This document shows, piece by piece, positions 61,791 to 64,000 of a stretch of DNA of 64,000 nt. How positions within the stretch are numbered: position 1 is the stretch's first letter; each line of letters starts with the position of its first letter. The position numbers and the translations under genes are program-made. Origin of the DNA: an uncultured delta proteobacterium (GTDB lineage Bacteria > Desulfobacterota > Binatia > UBA9968); assembly GCA_963771465.1 (NCBI GenBank), contig CAVYTU010000017.1, positions 736,001 to 800,000 on the forward strand, written 5' to 3'. Under the pieces are notes generated by a model, which saw only the letters and a program-made list of their open reading frames with translations, had not been told where the DNA came from and searched no databases.

Positions 61791-61972
61791 CTAAAAACCG
61801 CCGAGCGAATGAAACCCAACTTTCGCTCTTTGTTTGCGTCCGCATTGGAGCAACCCGACGGCTTTTTAATGTCATCGAGTGTTGGACTGGAGTATGGCGA
61901 TGATTCTAAATCATCATCAGCAATAGCAACCCGATCCTTGCGCAAGGATCCGAACATTGAATGGAGATCAGT

Positions 61973-62185
61973 ATGTGGAACAAAGATGAGATCAAAGGCA
62001 AGGGTAAGCAAATCACTGGGGCGATCAAGGACAAGACGGGGGAATTGACTAACAATCCCAAGCTCGAAGCTAAGGGCGAAGCCGAACGCAGCGTTGGAAA
62101 ACTTCAGGAGCAGAGCGGCAAAGCGCGCCGGAAAACCGGTGAAGCAATTCAGAAGGTCGGCAAGGCGATTGCCGGCAAATTATAA
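61973..62185 (+). CDS. csbD: CsbD-family general stress protein
   Basis: NKDEIKGKGKQITGAIKDKTGELTNN..LEAKGEAE...GKLQE..G. GGAG RBS. Confidence 0.9.
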   Translation: MWNKDEIKGKGKQITGAIKDKTGELTNNPKLEAKGEAERSVGKLQEQSGKARRKTGEAIQKVGKAIAGKL

Positions 62186-62298
62186 CTCGCGAGTTAGCTT
62201 ACTGACTCGTACCACGTTTGGCAGCAGAGAGTTGTTTAATCAACTCTCTGCCGCCGGGCAACCCATAGCGGAGCTGCTGACCGCGAACGGAGGACACC

Positions 62299-62721
62299 GT
62301 GATGTATTCCTCATCGCCATTTTCCCGTTTCGCCAAGTGGACGGCACGAGCCACCGGCCATCCGGCGGCATTCGTCGCCGCCGCTTCGATCATTGTAGGC
62401 TGGGGCGTGACGGGCCCGATATTCAAGTTCAGCGACACGTGGCAACTGGTCATAAACACCGGCACGACGATCGTCACGTTCCTGATGGTATTTCTGATTC
62501 AAAATACCCAGAACCGCGATAGCCACGCCGTCCAACTCAAGCTCGACGAACTGATTCGCGCGGTGGGCGGCGCGCACAATGCGTTGCTCGACCTCGAAGA
62601 GCTTGAAGAAGCAGATCTCGAGCGCTTTCGCGCGCGCTATGAAGAACTCGCGTGCGCTGCACGGGAAGCGCTGGGGCGTGGGGAATTGGATACCGGCACG
62701 CCGGAAGTCAGATCGGATTGA
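62299..62721 (+). CDS. Low-affinity iron permease (Fet4-like) family protein
   Basis: FSDTWQLVINTGTTIVTFLMVFLIQNTQNRD...QLKLDELI. GGAGG RBS. Confidence 0.92.
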   Translation: MMYSSSPFSRFAKWTARATGHPAAFVAAASIIVGWGVTGPIFKFSDTWQLVINTGTTIVTFLMVFLIQNTQNRDSHAVQLKLDELIRAVGGAHNALLDLEELEEADLERFRARYEELACAAREALGRGELDTGTPEVRSD

Positions 62722-62904
62722 GTCACGCGTTCCGTGAAGATCGTTAGGCGCGACGCTTTGGCAAAATTTTAAGATAGCAGAATCGGGGCAAGGATTGCCT
62801 TTCGTTAATTTTTTCGTCGGTGATGCACTCAAGAGAGTCTCGTGGAGTCAGATAAAGCGAGTGGCATCAAAATATCGTTCGTTTAACACTTTAACTCAAG
62901 CTCT

Positions 62905-62929
62905 CGACCATTTGGTCGAGAGTTTCGAC
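62905..62929. promoter_or_regulatory. Dyad operator/UAS copy 4
   Basis: CGAC-CATTTG-GTCG-AGAGTTT-CGAC; CTCTCGAC-N6-GTCGAGAG is a perfect 8-bp dyad. Confidence 0.8.
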
Positions 62930-63011
62930 CATTTAGGTTTTATCTGTCGGTTTTTTTCAGACAACAGGAAACCAGCTACCGTAAACACAGCCTTTCTCGC
63001 CTAATAGCGCT

Positions 63012-63027
63012 TGGCATGGATAGTGCG
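63012..63027 (+). promoter_or_regulatory. sigma54 promoter 4
   Basis: TGGCAT-GGATA-GTGCG (GG-N10-GC). Confidence 0.72.
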
Positions 63028-63072
63028 CTAATCCAGGAGTGAAGAATCGACAACCCAAATAGAGGAGAGACT

Positions 63073-63153
63073 ATGGATACTATACTGATCGTTATTCTCG
63101 TGTTGCTTGTGGTCGGTGGTGGCGGCTGGGGATATTCTCGTCGGCGCCGGTAG
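63073..63153 (+). CDS. 26-aa single-TM microprotein
   Basis: GAGGAG RBS; MDTILIVILVLLVVGGGGWGYSRRRR. Confidence 0.8.
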   Translation: MDTILIVILVLLVVGGGGWGYSRRRR

Positions 63154-63209
63154 CGGCCGTTGACTAGTGCAGCGGTAAATCGCAAACGTGAATGAAAGGA
63201 GAATCTGAC

Positions 63210-63284
63210 ATGAATAATATTATTTACATCGTCGGTCTTGTAGTAGTAGTGCTTTTTGTCGCCGGTTATCTGGGACTGAGATAG
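63210..63284 (+). CDS. 24-aa single-TM microprotein
   Basis: AAGGAG RBS; MNNIIYIVGLVVVVLFVAGYLGLR. Confidence 0.8.
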   Translation: MNNIIYIVGLVVVVLFVAGYLGLR

Positions 63285-63680
63285 TTCGGAGCGTGCTCGG
63301 TACTACTTGCGACCAAGCTTTCCGGCCGGCCGCACGAAGTGAACAGAGAAATGTTTTATCCCATACGTCACCTGCTCACTCGACCCTTCGTGGAGCGTTT
63401 CGACGTTCAATCGAGCCGTTTCTTCGTTTCCGTTAGGAAGCCTCCGGAACTTATTGGAAACGCAGGCTTTCCCTTGTTACGAAGTCCGGCAACTGATAGT
63501 GCGCACATATTTGATGGGGCAAAAAGCCCTGCGCAGGGGCTGGCCTCATGATTTTTCTTTTCGCTTCGGTCTCTTTTTAGACAGCAATCTCTCAATTGTC
63601 AGGGTATCGGTAAAGACAACTAAGGCGTGGGGGCTGCACCAGACTTGACCCTACTAATCAGTCACAACCACGGAGTTAAA

Positions 63681-63908
63681 ATGAAAAAGTTAATGTTGGT
63701 GTTAGTGCTTTTGATCGGTGTCAGTCAAAGCGGTTGCGCGTTCCTCGGCGGAGCGGCGGTAGGCGGCCTAGCAACCGGAGCAGGCTACGAAATCAATGCT
63801 CATAGCCAGATGAACAAACTCGACGATGATTACAAAGCCGAGAGAATATCGCGCGCCGAATACCAAGCCCGGAAATCGCAGATCGAGAAGGGCTCAATTA
63901 TTTACTAG
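63681..63908 (+). CDS. 75-aa lipoprotein
   Basis: GGAG RBS; signal with lipobox QSGC, glycine-rich GGAAVGGLATGAG, C-terminal ISRAEYQARK (SHOCT-like). Paralog at 53707. Confidence 0.8.
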   Translation: MKKLMLVLVLLIGVSQSGCAFLGGAAVGGLATGAGYEINAHSQMNKLDDDYKAERISRAEYQARKSQIEKGSIIY

Positions 63909-63914
63909 GAGGTT

Positions 63915-64000
63915 ATGATGAACTTATTCAATCGTGCGGCAGCGAGTTTAACTTTCGCCATGGCATTGACGCTAAGCGCTGGGTGCATGGAGAACATCGC
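63915..64000 (+). CDS. Lipoprotein, truncated by window end
   Basis: AGGAGG RBS; MMNLFNRAAASLTFAMALTLSAGCMENI with lipobox SAGC. Confidence 0.65.
   Translation, partial: MMNLFNRAAASLTFAMALTLSAGCMENI

Noticed and set aside
53280-62929. CGAC/GTCG repeats as CRISPR repeats, REP elements or IS ends
   Set aside because: Dispersed single copies with only half-sites conserved, no spacer array, cas or transposase; the fixed distance to -24/-12 boxes fits a protein-binding site.
63623-63638. Additional sigma54 promoter AGGCGT-GGGGG-CTGCA before the 63681 lipoprotein (also AGGCAC-N5-TTCA near 53618)
   Set aside because: Poor -24 or -12 box, not shared between the two paralog leaders, and no operator about 100 bp upstream.

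Overview
Bacterial chromosome window of moderately high GC. The gene order (tsaB-DUF465-ilvBN-ilvC-psd-pssA-leuA-leuB-asd-truA) is deltaproteobacteria-like, and the accessory repertoire (several amidohydrolases, LigX-type Rieske oxygenase, orphan solute-binding protein) suggests Candidatus Binatota or a relative; the taxonomy is inference only. Bases 1-22.7 kb are core housekeeping genes: cpoB, ribF, rluD, rho, rpsB-tsf-pyrH-frr-uppS-cdsA-dxr-rseP-tsaB, and branched-chain amino acid and phospholipid genes. Bases 22.8-49 kb mix leuCD, a liv-type ABC transporter, a GAF sensor kinase, catabolic enzymes and three apparently exported methyltransferases (two SET-domain, one class I). Bases 49-64 kb form a stress island: hsp20-lon, a frameshifted Crp/Fnr gene, a ferritin-like gene, csbD, a low-affinity iron permease-like gene, a class A PBP, a FecR/DUF6600 gene and many microproteins. 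Two signals read directly from the DNA stand out. (1) Four copies of a dyad operator CGAC-N6-GTCG-N7-CGAC(-N6-GWCG) each lie 98-101 bp upstream of a sigma54 -24/-12 promoter that precedes a tiny membrane peptide, suggesting a sigma54/enhancer-controlled microprotein stress regulon. (2) A terminator/antiterminator pair lies in front of leuA, with the antiterminator inside the TTA-Leu-rich 3' end of pssA, suggesting that a housekeeping gene tail serves as the leucine attenuation leader. No rRNA, tRNA, CRISPR array, integrase or transposase was seen.
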